Positions 18,310 to 27,778 of a DNA stretch of 64,000 nucleotides are shown piece after piece (position 1 is the first letter of the stretch; every line of letters begins with the position of its first letter). The notes beneath the pieces were generated by a model, which was not told the DNA's origin, did no database searches, and saw only the letters and a list, made by a program, of their open reading frames with translations. Position numbers and translations under genes: made by a program. Origin of the DNA: a virus; IMG/VR virus record IMGVR_UViG_3300025732_000021, positions 57,868-121,867 of that record, one strand, 5' to 3'.

Positions 18310-18982
18310 AAAACTCCCTAACTCTCTCTATTAACATTATATCAGTTGTTTGAACCTCAATATCAAACATTGGTGATTGTTTTTTAATTTTACCAAATTC
18401 TGAATCTAACATATGTTTTCCTACATTTTTAAAATGAAAATGTATAAAGGGTGGTTCTATTTCTGATGTATTAAATGGTATTTTTGTAAAAGCAATAGAA
18501 TCCTCATATATATAAAACGGACTATCATCTGCTTGTTTAAAGTTAACTGTAACATTTTCATCAATAATCCAAGGAACATAGAATCGATATATACCATCAA
18601 AACAACCATCTGGAAGAGTATACTCTTTTGCTGAACTATAGTATTGTCTAACCCATGGCCTATCTATATTATAAAACTGACCATCTCTTCTATAATGATC
18701 TACTAATAAGAACATTTCTGCATGATTACCCTGCCTTAACCTAAATCCATTATCTGTTATAGATATTAATTTTGGTGGAGGATATAGAGTTGCAGCATAA
18801 TGATTTATTGGCTTTAATATAGAATTTTTAAAAATTTCATTTTCTTTAACAGGAACATAAGAAAGCCATTTTTTATAAGGAACTGCTATTTTATTTATAT
18901 AAAGGAAACTTTCTGTTTTAGAATTATCCCATAAGTTCCAATCTTTTTTAAAGCCAGAAAACATTTCATCTTGTTGGCTCAA
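18275..18982 (-). CDS. Hypothetical protein, possible divergent third paralog
   Basis: C-terminal HFHFK...GKIKKQSPMFDI resembles GVIKQGTPLVQI. Confidence 0.55.
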   Translation of the reverse strand: MSQQDEMFSGFKKDWNLWDNSKTESFLYINKIAVPYKKWLSYVPVKENEIFKNSILKPINHYAATLYPPPKLISITDNGFRLRQGNHAEMFLLVDHYRRDGQFYNIDRPWVRQYYSSAKEYTLPDGCFDGIYRFYVPWIIDENVTVNFKQADDSPFYIYEDSIAFTKIPFNTSEIEPPFIHFHFKNVGKHMLDSEFGKIKKQSPMFDIEVQTTDIMLIERVREFYEFTKDKILSV

Positions 18983-20489
18983 TTTTTATCACATCCCCAA
19001 ATGATCCAGATTCTATTACTTGTATTCTAATTCCATTATACTCTGCAATTTCACCTAATTTAAGTGAAGCGTTTGCATTATTTCCTTGTGATTTTGAATT
19101 CATATTATCTGCTCTAAGTATATTTTTATTTTTTGGCAATATTAATCTAATACCATCAGCATGATTTGTAAGAGACATATCAATAAAATAAACAAGAGCA
19201 CCCTCTGAAACTTGTGGAAGTTTATAATTTATTCCCTCTGCTCTTTGTGATTCAATAACAATAGCCTTTGAATTACTTAAAGGAATAACAATCATTTTAT
19301 CTCTTGTGCTTTTAACTGTAGATGGAGCAATATAGGCTATTGATGTCTTTTCTTTATCTAAACAAATAACCTGAGAATCAGAAATAAAGCCAGCAATCCA
19401 TTTATGCCAAGCAAGCAGATCAAATGTAGATGCCCAATTAATTAATCCCCACCATGATGGTGAATCATTTTGTGAATGATTATTATCATCAAAGCCAATT
19501 CCAACATGCATTAATTCATGCATCCACCATGTTGGCCATGAAAAATTTCTTTCTAAAGCAATGCTACCGCCACTTGGCATAATAGACCCAACAACATAAC
19601 CTTCATCTGTTAAAAATCTATTTAGACCTACTTGATCACCAATTATTTTATTTGTAGATGGTGGAAATAAAATTAATGCAATATTTGATCCAGAAAAATT
19701 AATCTTAGAATCTACAGCCTTGACTAAATCACTTGTAAACCTTTGTGCAGAAGATTCACTTCTTTCGTGTATTAAGTTATATGACGATATGTTTCCAGGC
19801 ATATAAATATAATTATTAGGCACTCTAAATTCTACATTAGATCCATTATCTGATGCCTGCTTAGTCCAAGCAGTAATGAAATCAAAATATTTTTTAAAAT
19901 CATCATTAGGATTTGTTTTAGAGTTTGGTATGTCATCAGAATATAAAGGAATAACCTGATAAATAGTATTTGGCGAAGGATGTTTTAGTGATGTTTGCCA
20001 GTATGAGTCCCAAGTTTTAAATCCTAAAACATTTCCTTTATTTCTAGATTGTTCAATTTTGCATTGAGAAAGATTTAAATTAGACTTATCTGTTTGTGTT
20101 GTTGGTAACTCTATTAAGGGTTGAGTATTTGGTATCCTGAGTGCACTTAAACAACCGCCACCGTTAATATGTTTTCTTTCAAAATCTTTCCATTCTGTTG
20201 GAGTATTTGGATCAAGATCGCATGGACTGTTAAAATATTTTTTAGTAACATTTGGTTTAGTATTAATAGTTGCAGATGGTGTTGGTGTTGGTTTTATGGT
20301 TGGCGCTATTGTAGGAACTACATCTAATTTTGCCCATCTATAAACATTATCAATCTTTTTACAAATAAAACCATCTTTAATTTTATTTAATTGATTTTTT
20401 GGACATGCCTTTAATGGTGTTGCTGCGTTAACGCAAGATGGTAATAATAAAGAAAATGATAAGACGAAAGTTATAAATATTTTTTTCAT
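18966..20489 (-). CDS. Secreted M6-like zinc metalloprotease
   Basis: Signal peptide, small Cys domain, PTPTP linker, HELMH..G..D, LLAWHKW..G.I. Confidence 0.75.
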   Translation of the reverse strand: MKKIFITFVLSFSLLLPSCVNAATPLKACPKNQLNKIKDGFICKKIDNVYRWAKLDVVPTIAPTIKPTPTPSATINTKPNVTKKYFNSPCDLDPNTPTEWKDFERKHINGGGCLSALRIPNTQPLIELPTTQTDKSNLNLSQCKIEQSRNKGNVLGFKTWDSYWQTSLKHPSPNTIYQVIPLYSDDIPNSKTNPNDDFKKYFDFITAWTKQASDNGSNVEFRVPNNYIYMPGNISSYNLIHERSESSAQRFTSDLVKAVDSKINFSGSNIALILFPPSTNKIIGDQVGLNRFLTDEGYVVGSIMPSGGSIALERNFSWPTWWMHELMHVGIGFDDNNHSQNDSPSWWGLINWASTFDLLAWHKWIAGFISDSQVICLDKEKTSIAYIAPSTVKSTRDKMIVIPLSNSKAIVIESQRAEGINYKLPQVSEGALVYFIDMSLTNHADGIRLILPKNKNILRADNMNSKSQGNNANASLKLGEIAEYNGIRIQVIESGSFGDVIKIEPTR

Positions 20490-20495
20490 ATCTTT

Positions 20496-20501
20496 AGTAT
20501 A
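20496..20501 (-). promoter_or_regulatory. -10 element, probable leaderless transcript
   Basis: TATACT 6 nt before ATG at 20489, no SD. Confidence 0.5.
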
Positions 20502-20504
20502 TAC

Positions 20505-21038
20505 TTAAATGCTCAGAATGTCAATAGGACCTTTACATGACATAGAATGATTAATTGCAGCATTTACTGCAAGTACCGCTCTTTTCCTTGCATCCTTTTG
20601 CTTTTGTGTTGAATATAAAGATCCCAATGCCAAGTCTCCACCAGATCCCATAGCAAGATAATCTTGTTCATACTGAGTTAATGACATATCTCCAGCATTG
20701 TGTTCATATATTTTTCCACGAATACAAATAATCATTCCAAAGTCTGATGATGGAGATGTATCAACCCACCAACCTTCATAAAAATTACGAAGTGCTTTTA
20801 GGAATTTACTATACATAAATTTATCAATACTGCCACGACCTTCAAATGCTGGGGGAACAAATAAGTGTTTTATTCTATCTCCATCCATAGAGCCAGCATA
20901 TCCAAATAAATATCCTTCTTTTTTCCATATTTTAGGACTTGAAGATACATTAATAACATTATCATCAGAAACTCCACGGTCTCCTGCCATCCAAAGTTTA
21001 TTGTTTATATTATCACGTACGACTGCTATGCAAGTCAT
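20505..21038 (-). CDS. HslV/proteasome-like Ntn-hydrolase
   Basis: N-terminal MTCIA, AGD, KI, GYAGS, AMGSGG. Confidence 0.8.
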   Translation of the reverse strand: MTCIAVVRDNINNKLWMAGDRGVSDDNVINVSSSPKIWKKEGYLFGYAGSMDGDRIKHLFVPPAFEGRGSIDKFMYSKFLKALRNFYEGWWVDTSPSSDFGMIICIRGKIYEHNAGDMSLTQYEQDYLAMGSGGDLALGSLYSTQKQKDARKRAVLAVNAAINHSMSCKGPIDILSI

Positions 21039-21093
21039 TGTAGCCTTTCTGATTGTTTAATATCAGTATATCAGGAAATATTTTTTATGTCAA

Positions 21094-21681
21094 CTACTTT
21101 TTTATTTCTTGTCCACATTCTGAACAAGTTTTTGGCTTAGAGGTTTTATTAGGTAATGTATTAGATTTATTTTCTTTTACAGCACCAAATTTTGGACGAC
21201 CAAAGCCTACGATAGAAATCATTTCTCCAGCCTTATTTTTCTTATATGCACGAAGTTTCTTTGAAACCTGTCCACCATTTCTTTGGCTACCCTTTTTATC
21301 TGGGCTTGTATTTCCTTCAATGCACCATACAGTTCCATCTTCATTGTCTGCAATAACAATACCAACATGTGAGATTCTATCAACACCATCTGATGGAAAG
21401 TCAAAGTAAGCAATATCGCCTGGTTCTGGATCTGCTACATCGCCATCAATCCAAGCACCAGCCTTCTTAAATGCTGCTGCGCCTCCTGGAGTATAAACAG
21501 TATTAGGAACCTTTACTCCTGCTTCATTTGCACACCACATAACAAATGAGCCACACCATGGCTGAAAGTTTGCTTTAGTAAAAGCACCATACTTTGTTTC
21601 GTTATCTTTTGGACCTTCAATAGTTCCCAATTCACCTTTAGCAACTTCAATAAGTCGTGCTGCTGTACCTTGTTCTGCCAT
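21094..21681 (-). CDS. CHAP-domain endolysin
   Basis: PWCGSFVMWC, PEPGDI, SHVGIV, IEGNT. Confidence 0.88.
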   Translation of the reverse strand: MAEQGTAARLIEVAKGELGTIEGPKDNETKYGAFTKANFQPWCGSFVMWCANEAGVKVPNTVYTPGGAAAFKKAGAWIDGDVADPEPGDIAYFDFPSDGVDRISHVGIVIADNEDGTVWCIEGNTSPDKKGSQRNGGQVSKKLRAYKKNKAGEMISIVGFGRPKFGAVKENKSNTLPNKTSKPKTCSECGQEIKK

Positions 21682-21683
21682 GA

Positions 21684-22127
21684 TTACTCCTTATGCCAAT
21701 CTAAATCAACTGGTTGCTCTTCTGGCATTTGACCATCTGGTTTAGCAGCAAGTCTTGCCATAGTAGCATCAATTTCTGCTTGAGCCTTATTCTCAGCAAT
21801 TTCCAGTTCTGATTCAAGTTTCTTATCAGCCTGTGTATTTTTTGCATCCATTTCTTTATTAGATAATTGTGCTGCCATAATATCTTTAGCACCAGACTGC
21901 CCAATTAATAGTCCTGCTAATGTTCCTGTAATGAATGTTGCAACTGATCCAAGCACATTGAAGAACATCTTATCATTTTCTGATTGTGCTCCAACTGGTT
22001 GTGTAACAAACAACAAACCATATAAAATTCCAAGTGCTGTAAATAAAAGAATTCCTCCAAGAATTAATCCTAGGGTAAACTTTAAACGAGCATCCAACTC
22101 TGCTGGTGTTAATCTTTCTTTAGCCAT
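21684..22127 (-). CDS. Holin-like membrane protein (2 TM, coiled-coil tail)
   Basis: Two hydrophobic segments; immediately upstream of the endolysin. Confidence 0.55.
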   Translation of the reverse strand: MAKERLTPAELDARLKFTLGLILGGILLFTALGILYGLLFVTQPVGAQSENDKMFFNVLGSVATFITGTLAGLLIGQSGAKDIMAAQLSNKEMDAKNTQADKKLESELEIAENKAQAEIDATMARLAAKPDGQMPEEQPVDLDWHKE

Positions 22128-22335
22128 TTTTCTTTCCGTTCTGGTATTCGTCCCATACTGTTTTTCCTACTAGATCCCGTGAACAAGTTCCAGAAGGTTC
22201 ACAAACTGGTGGATTGCATTCCTTTGCTTCCCAGTTTGCTGGGTCTTGGCAAGGGTAACGATAAAAACCGCTATACCCACAGCCACTAAGACTTAATATA
22301 AGTATACACGATAGTAAAATATGACGAATTCTCAT
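22120..22335 (-). CDS. Cys-rich small lipoprotein
   Basis: Lipobox LSGC followed by four further Cys. Confidence 0.7.
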   Translation of the reverse strand: MRIRHILLSCILILSLSGCGYSGFYRYPCQDPANWEAKECNPPVCEPSGTCSRDLVGKTVWDEYQNGKKNG

Positions 22336-22341
22336 GTCAAC

Positions 22342-22350
22342 ATTATACCA
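22342..22350 (-). promoter_or_regulatory. Extended -10 (TGG-TATAAT), probable leaderless start
   Basis: TGGTATAAT 6 nt before ATG at 22335. Confidence 0.55.
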
Positions 22351-22355
22351 ATTTA

Positions 22356-22565
22356 TTATTCTTTTTCTTCACGAAGCGGGATTGTAATAAGCCATATGGC
22401 TATTGATATTAATGTGGCTACCCCCACTACCTGCTGGGCGGTACCTGTAAGGGTAAGCCAAGCAATAAAGAAGCCAAGAATGGTAAATACCTGGGCTATG
22501 CTCTCAATAACAGCAGCCTTAAGCCACTTTAGTAAACCCTTAACTATCTTTTTAATCATGTTCAT
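22356..22565 (-). CDS. Small 2-TM membrane protein (holin-like)
   Basis: Basic N-terminus and two TM helices. Confidence 0.6.
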   Translation of the reverse strand: MNMIKKIVKGLLKWLKAAVIESIAQVFTILGFFIAWLTLTGTAQQVVGVATLISIAIWLITIPLREEKE

Positions 22566-22566
22566 A

Positions 22567-24201
22567 TTATAACCTCCTTAGTGACATAACTGAACTAACA
22601 ATATTCCCTACCAAAATAACAGGAATAACTACTTCCTGAACCTTTTCTCTTTGATCATCTGTCATATCCTTACCCCATTCTGTAGGACTTAATAACTTTT
22701 CAAAGTCTATATCTATTAGTACTCCAAGTGGATCAGCCAAAAATGCTTCTGTTTGTATTTCTGTAATTGCATCTGCTAATGTATAAGGCATTGGAGCATT
22801 TTGATTTTGTGCTGCTTTATCCGTAAATTGAACTACGGCTGCTGCAACTGCAGGGTTTTCTTTTGCTATCTCTGCTATCAGTGCTACTTCTTCTGTTTTA
22901 ATACCCAAATCTTTTGCCAATTCTTTTGACTGCCCTGGATTTAATTCAGTTAAAAATGTTGATACTGCTGACATTAATTTAGCATCATTAACACTAATTA
23001 GTTTGTTTAACTTTTTAAGTTCCTCGTCAGAAATAGGATCGCTATCTGTGTTATTATTATCTGGTGTTACTACAAGATCTTCGTCAACAGGTTGCTCAGG
23101 TTCAGGTTCTGGGCTTGGATCTGTATCCTCTGGCTGAGATGAAGGCTCTTGTGAAGGTTCTGGAGTTGGATCAGTCTCTTCGTTCTCCCCATTTGTGGTA
23201 TCAGGACTTGGAGTTGGATTGGGATCGTCTGGTTGAGTTTGCTCATCATCTGGCCAACGGGGATCGTCTGGTGTAATAACTTCTGGGTCAACTTCAATAT
23301 CAGGGTCAGGCAAATCAGGGTTTTCTGTAGAGTCAGGAGTAGGATCAACAGATGGTTCTGGATCAACAGATGGCTCTGGATCTGGTGTAGTTACAGTAGA
23401 ACCATCACTATTAATGGAAGCAATAAGGCTATTTAAATCAGCAATATCACTAGCAAGTTGTGCTGCCTCTGCTACTTGTGCTTGCTGTTCTTCAGCCGTT
23501 ATAGGCGTTTGTGAGGGCGTTGGAGTTGGAGTAGGGGTAGGGCTTAGGGTTGGATCTGGAATAGGCTCTGGAGCCAATGTAGGCGTTGGGCTTCCAGCCT
23601 GCACCTGTGTTGCCCCCCAAGCCTCAAGGGAAACTATAGATCCATCATGTAGACGAACACCTGTTCTAAGATTATTATATTCTGGCCCTTGATAACTATA
23701 GGATACTGCAAGACTGCCTGTATTAGTAATGGCAACTAATATATTTACAGTACTTGGCTGTGCTCCATAATTGCCATATGGAACCATATTAAGATTTAAC
23801 TGAAAACCACCTTCTGAATAATAAATATCCAAACCAGATGTCCCACTTGCTCCTGGAAACCAATCCATAGAATATAGGGAAATAGATGGTGTGGATGGGT
23901 AAGTCCAATATGTACCATCAGGTTGACCAAATGTAATTACTGAGTTAGTTGTTGCATAAATGTTTTCATACTGTACCCCGTCAAAAGTCACGGTAGTTGC
24001 AATTGGAATTTGATAAGAAACATCATCACCAGAACATGTATCCATTGTATGAACTGTTGGTTCTGCATCACCTTCGTATGCTGCTGCTATAGTTTGTGAT
24101 TGTATAAAATTAATGCATGTTGCGTTTGCATTTTCTGGAAGCCAAAGATTGAATCCAAATGCTAATAAACTTGCTGATAATATTCTGATTAATTTTTTAA
24201 T
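22567..24201 (-). CDS. Secreted, membrane-anchored Pro/Thr/Asp-rich protein; probable ATT start
   Basis: Frame is open for 52 codons above the first ATG and encodes signal peptide IKKLIRILSASLLAFGFNLWLPENANA; GGAGG upstream; C-terminal hydrophobic anchor plus RR. Confidence 0.7.
   Translation of the reverse strand: MKKLIRILSASLLAFGFNLWLPENANATCINFIQSQTIAAAYEGDAEPTVHTMDTCSGDDVSYQIPIATTVTFDGVQYENIYATTNSVITFGQPDGTYWTYPSTPSISLYSMDWFPGASGTSGLDIYYSEGGFQLNLNMVPYGNYGAQPSTVNILVAITNTGSLAVSYSYQGPEYNNLRTGVRLHDGSIVSLEAWGATQVQAGSPTPTLAPEPIPDPTLSPTPTPTPTPSQTPITAEEQQAQVAEAAQLASDIADLNSLIASINSDGSTVTTPDPEPSVDPEPSVDPTPDSTENPDLPDPDIEVDPEVITPDDPRWPDDEQTQPDDPNPTPSPDTTNGENEETDPTPEPSQEPSSQPEDTDPSPEPEPEQPVDEDLVVTPDNNNTDSDPISDEELKKLNKLISVNDAKLMSAVSTFLTELNPGQSKELAKDLGIKTEEVALIAEIAKENPAVAAAVVQFTDKAAQNQNAPMPYTLADAITEIQTEAFLADPLGVLIDIDFEKLLSPTEWGKDMTDDQREKVQEVVIPVILVGNIVSSVMSLRRL
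23342..23377. repeat. 18-bp tandem duplication encoding (EPSVDP)2
   Basis: ggatcaacagatggttct / ggatcaacagatggctct. Confidence 0.85.
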
Positions 24202-24253
24202 TTTCCTTTCTTCCTCCAGTTATAATAAGATTATTATAACATTATATTAAAAC

Positions 24254-24283
24254 AAAAAAAGGCGTAGAAATTAATCTACGCCC
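24254..24283 (-). terminator. Intrinsic terminator downstream of the S-layer-like gene
   Basis: GGCGTAGA-ttaatt-TCTACGCC followed by T7 on the minus strand. Confidence 0.85.
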
Positions 24284-24301
24284 TTAATGTTTAAGTTTTA
24301 A

Positions 24302-25450
24302 TTACTTAAGTGTGGCAACCTTAGCCTTTGGATTAGCCTTGTTCCACTTTGCAGCAAGAGAATTAAATGCCTTCTTGATTGCAGCGAGTGCAACATCATT
24401 GTCAGCCTTTACCTTTGCAAGTTCTACAGCGTGTGCAGCAGTTGCATCAGCAAGAGCCTTATCAGCAGCAGCCTTTGCAGTTACAGCATCAGCCTTTAAC
24501 TTAGCAACTTCAGCATTAGCCTTAACAAGTTCTGCAGCAGCAGTGATTGCAGCAGCAGCAGCCTTGTCTTGTTCTGCCTTTACAGCAGCAGCAAGAGCAG
24601 CAGCAGCAGTAGTTGCATCAGCAGCACGAGCAGCCTTTTCTGCAGCAAGCGCAGCATTAGCAACAGCAAGTGCAGATGAAAGATCAGACACTGTTACGAT
24701 TGCAGTCTGTGAAGTTGTAGCCAACTTAATTGTTGGAACTGATGTAGGTGCAGTAATAGATGCACCGACAGCAACGCTTCCAGCAGTTGCAGGAAGTGTA
24801 ATATCTGATGTGTAACGACCTGTTACAAGAGCATCAGCAGTTACTGTTCCAGCAGTTGCGCCACCAAGAGTAGTTACTGTCACTGTATCAGCAACAGCGT
24901 TTCCAAAGATATCTGCAACATCAAAAGTTGCTGTTACCTTACCAGAAATGTTTCCTGAAGCAGGAATTGACATCTTAAGATCGTATGCAGGACCTGCAAC
25001 ACCCTTAAGATAGATTGTTGTTGCTGCACCAGTTACAGAAACTGTAACAGCAGAAGCAGCAGTTGTAGTTGTATATGCATATACAGTCGCTGTTGTTGAA
25101 GCAGGTGTGACTGTGATTGATGAGGATCCAGCAGATGCATTAACTGTTGAACCAATTGCAGAGACGAGGCGTGTATTTGCACCTACTGCTGTAAATGTCA
25201 CTGGTGTTCCAGCAACTACAGTTGCAGTAAGAAGCAATGCTTCGTTGTTTGTTACAGTTGTGGTATCTGCAACGCTTACTACGTTATCAGAAGGAACCTT
25301 AACTGTGAATGGTGAGGCTGCAGTACCTGCGCCAGAAATTTCTGTTGTTACGTCTACAGAAACGGTATTGGCACTTGCAGGTGTCACTACTAATGTGCCC
25401 AGTGTCATGGCTGCAACCACGGCAAGAGCGATCTTCTTAAATGAATTCAT
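24302..25450 (-). CDS. Secreted Ala/Thr/Val-rich S-layer-like surface protein
   Basis: MNSFKKIALAVVAAMTLGTL signal peptide, beta-rich Thr/Val body, Ala-rich coiled-coil tail; AAGGAG SD; strong GCA/GCT, ACA/ACT codon bias. Confidence 0.7.
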   Translation of the reverse strand: MNSFKKIALAVVAAMTLGTLVVTPASANTVSVDVTTEISGAGTAASPFTVKVPSDNVVSVADTTTVTNNEALLLTATVVAGTPVTFTAVGANTRLVSAIGSTVNASAGSSSITVTPASTTATVYAYTTTTAASAVTVSVTGAATTIYLKGVAGPAYDLKMSIPASGNISGKVTATFDVADIFGNAVADTVTVTTLGGATAGTVTADALVTGRYTSDITLPATAGSVAVGASITAPTSVPTIKLATTSQTAIVTVSDLSSALAVANAALAAEKAARAADATTAAAALAAAVKAEQDKAAAAAITAAAELVKANAEVAKLKADAVTAKAAADKALADATAAHAVELAKVKADNDVALAAIKKAFNSLAAKWNKANPKAKVATLK

Positions 25451-25476
25451 TTTTCTCCTTTTATTATTCATTTGGC

Positions 25477-27252
25477 TTATATTGTTTTTAGTCTATCCAA
25501 ATAGTTATTTATTTGTTCTATTTGACTAGGTTTATATTGTATCACGTTCTCAGGGAGCGTGTCAACTCTACGTGGTTTATCTTTAAAGGTATGAACTTCA
25601 ACTTCAAGGTTTTGATCTCTTGGTGTATAAGAAATAGCACCAAAAATAGAACCACACACAGCATCTGCTAAGTCTTTTGACAGTTTCCTGGGGTGATCTA
25701 CCTTATCTGTTTTTGTAATTTTAAGTTCTGTTAACTCTTCAAACAAAAGTTCTACAGCAGGCATAGCCAATCTTTCTTCATATACAAGCATAGCCATATC
25801 TTCATAATGTTTTTTTGCTACAGATACAGTTTCTGTCCTCATCCCAACAGCCTGTAATTCGTTTTGAATATCGAATGATTGCCATCGGTCAAATGTCACT
25901 AATCCAATATTAAACCCTATTCTACGTAAATTTTGAATCCATTGTTTTACTTCGGATAAGTTTACTGGCCCTTCTATTCTTGGTTCCCACCAAGCAACGG
26001 CATCTACTACTACAACTGGAGATATTTGTTCATAATCTTTAATTACCTGAACGTTTACCCATTTCTCTACATGTGCAATTGCGACAGCACACTTGTCATG
26101 TTTTTGAGCAAGGTCAGCATGAACATAATAAACTTTTTCTGGATCTGGTTTAAACCCTGCATCAAATCTTCTAAAATTATCCAATGGGTTTCTAATAGTC
26201 ATACATGCTCTTACCTTATCAGCCTGTTTAAAAAATGCATCTGATGCATATGTAGGAACACATGCAAAACGCATCATTGCATCACCAAGATCTGTCATAA
26301 ATGCAATTTTAAAATCATCAACTTTTCTTGTAGGATTAACTTCCCACGTTGCTCTTTTTAATGCAAATACTCCAGGATATTTATATGATTTAATTTCATC
26401 ATAATCCCAAGTAATTTCAAACCAATTATCTTTATCATCTTCTGGAAGTAATGGATTAATAATAAATCTATGTGTTTTTGCTATAGTTTCTTTTTCTGCA
26501 ATCACAGCATCATATCTTTCAGAAATAAAGTCACCATTAAAACGTGGAAAAGATAGAAGAACTACTTTGCCAAGATCAGGGAAACGAGAATCCACAGATC
26601 CACGAAATGCCTTGTATATATTATCTGCTGTTTTACCTTGCTCATTACCGCTTTGTAATTCTGTTGCAAATCCAGAAATCTCATCAAGAACTGCCAGCAA
26701 AAGATTTAAACCCTCATGAGATTCTTTTTCTGAATGTCCAGAGTAAACTGTTATTGATTTATTAAAACTAATAGAAGAAACCTTTGCTTCATATTTTCCA
26801 GCAAACCACGGAGACTTTTCAATTTTAGTTGCAAATCCTTTAAAGAAAACGTTTTTAGCCTGTTGAGCATTAATAGCAACGTTAATAAGATCTATGGCAT
26901 CTCCACTGGGTTTACCGAAATATCTTGCTGGATCCTTAAGGCATAGTAACTTATACACAATGTAAGCACAAGCAACAGTAGAAGTAAAATCTTTTCCACT
27001 ACCCTTGCCAAGTTGAAGAATGATTTCATTTTTAGTATATTTATTATAATAGTCAGCACCTTCTTTATCACCCATTATTCTTTGTAAGTCTTCTTGTTTA
27101 TATATCTGACTCATTGCTTCAACAATATCGTATTGTGCATCTGACAATGGTGGTTGACCTAAATAGTCTGGAGACTCAACAAATGTTTTTACATCAACAG
27201 GAATCTCTTCAAAATGATTATCCTTTAATGCTTCTAAAAAATCATCAAACAT
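25477..27252 (-). CDS. terL: Terminase large subunit
   Basis: GKGSGKD Walker A, AVLDEISGF Walker B, C-terminal nuclease HADLA...FDRWQS...DHP...KDLADA. Confidence 0.92.
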   Translation of the reverse strand: MFDDFLEALKDNHFEEIPVDVKTFVESPDYLGQPPLSDAQYDIVEAMSQIYKQEDLQRIMGDKEGADYYNKYTKNEIILQLGKGSGKDFTSTVACAYIVYKLLCLKDPARYFGKPSGDAIDLINVAINAQQAKNVFFKGFATKIEKSPWFAGKYEAKVSSISFNKSITVYSGHSEKESHEGLNLLLAVLDEISGFATELQSGNEQGKTADNIYKAFRGSVDSRFPDLGKVVLLSFPRFNGDFISERYDAVIAEKETIAKTHRFIINPLLPEDDKDNWFEITWDYDEIKSYKYPGVFALKRATWEVNPTRKVDDFKIAFMTDLGDAMMRFACVPTYASDAFFKQADKVRACMTIRNPLDNFRRFDAGFKPDPEKVYYVHADLAQKHDKCAVAIAHVEKWVNVQVIKDYEQISPVVVVDAVAWWEPRIEGPVNLSEVKQWIQNLRRIGFNIGLVTFDRWQSFDIQNELQAVGMRTETVSVAKKHYEDMAMLVYEERLAMPAVELLFEELTELKITKTDKVDHPRKLSKDLADAVCGSIFGAISYTPRDQNLEVEVHTFKDKPRRVDTLPENVIQYKPSQIEQINNYLDRLKTI

Positions 27253-27778
27253 CGTGGACAATTGTAATTACCTCATCTTTTTTAGCAATGTCTGAAAGTC
27301 TACGCATGATCTCATCACGAATTTCTGGATACTCAGAAGCAATATCTCGTAATATACTCATCAAAACTTCTTGCTTTTTTTCTATTTCTAACATTTCTTC
27401 TGCTAATTCTTTATTTTCAAGTAGGCCTGCTTTTTGCAACATATCAATTCTTTTAGATTCAATATCCATAACTAACTTTATTGCTGCGGTCTTTGCGCTT
27501 AAATTATTAGTTAATGATGCTTCATCAATAACTTCATATGATTTACTAATAAGTTTATTATAGTGTGTATCAGCAGTAGCCAATGCTTCTTTTGCACGGG
27601 CACGAATGGCATCATTTGCAGACACCATAACTTTCCATTCATTGATATGCTGGACTACACGAGTACGTGGTATAGAAAGATCTTTAGAAATTTTAGTAGC
27701 ATCATTTCCCTTTAGATATTCTCCTACTACTATATTTATTTCATCTAAATGTTTAATTAAGTCTTCTTCAGTCGACAT
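27245..27778 (-). CDS. Probable terminase small subunit
   Basis: N-terminal HTH and helical C-terminus, directly upstream of terL. Confidence 0.6.
   Translation of the reverse strand: MSTEEDLIKHLDEINIVVGEYLKGNDATKISKDLSIPRTRVVQHINEWKVMVSANDAIRARAKEALATADTHYNKLISKSYEVIDEASLTNNLSAKTAAIKLVMDIESKRIDMLQKAGLLENKELAEEMLEIEKKQEVLMSILRDIASEYPEIRDEIMRRLSDIAKKDEVITIVHDV

Noticed and set aside
24430-24670. gca-rich repeats as a DNA repeat element
   Set aside because: Explained by poly-Ala coiled-coil codons of the S-layer-like protein
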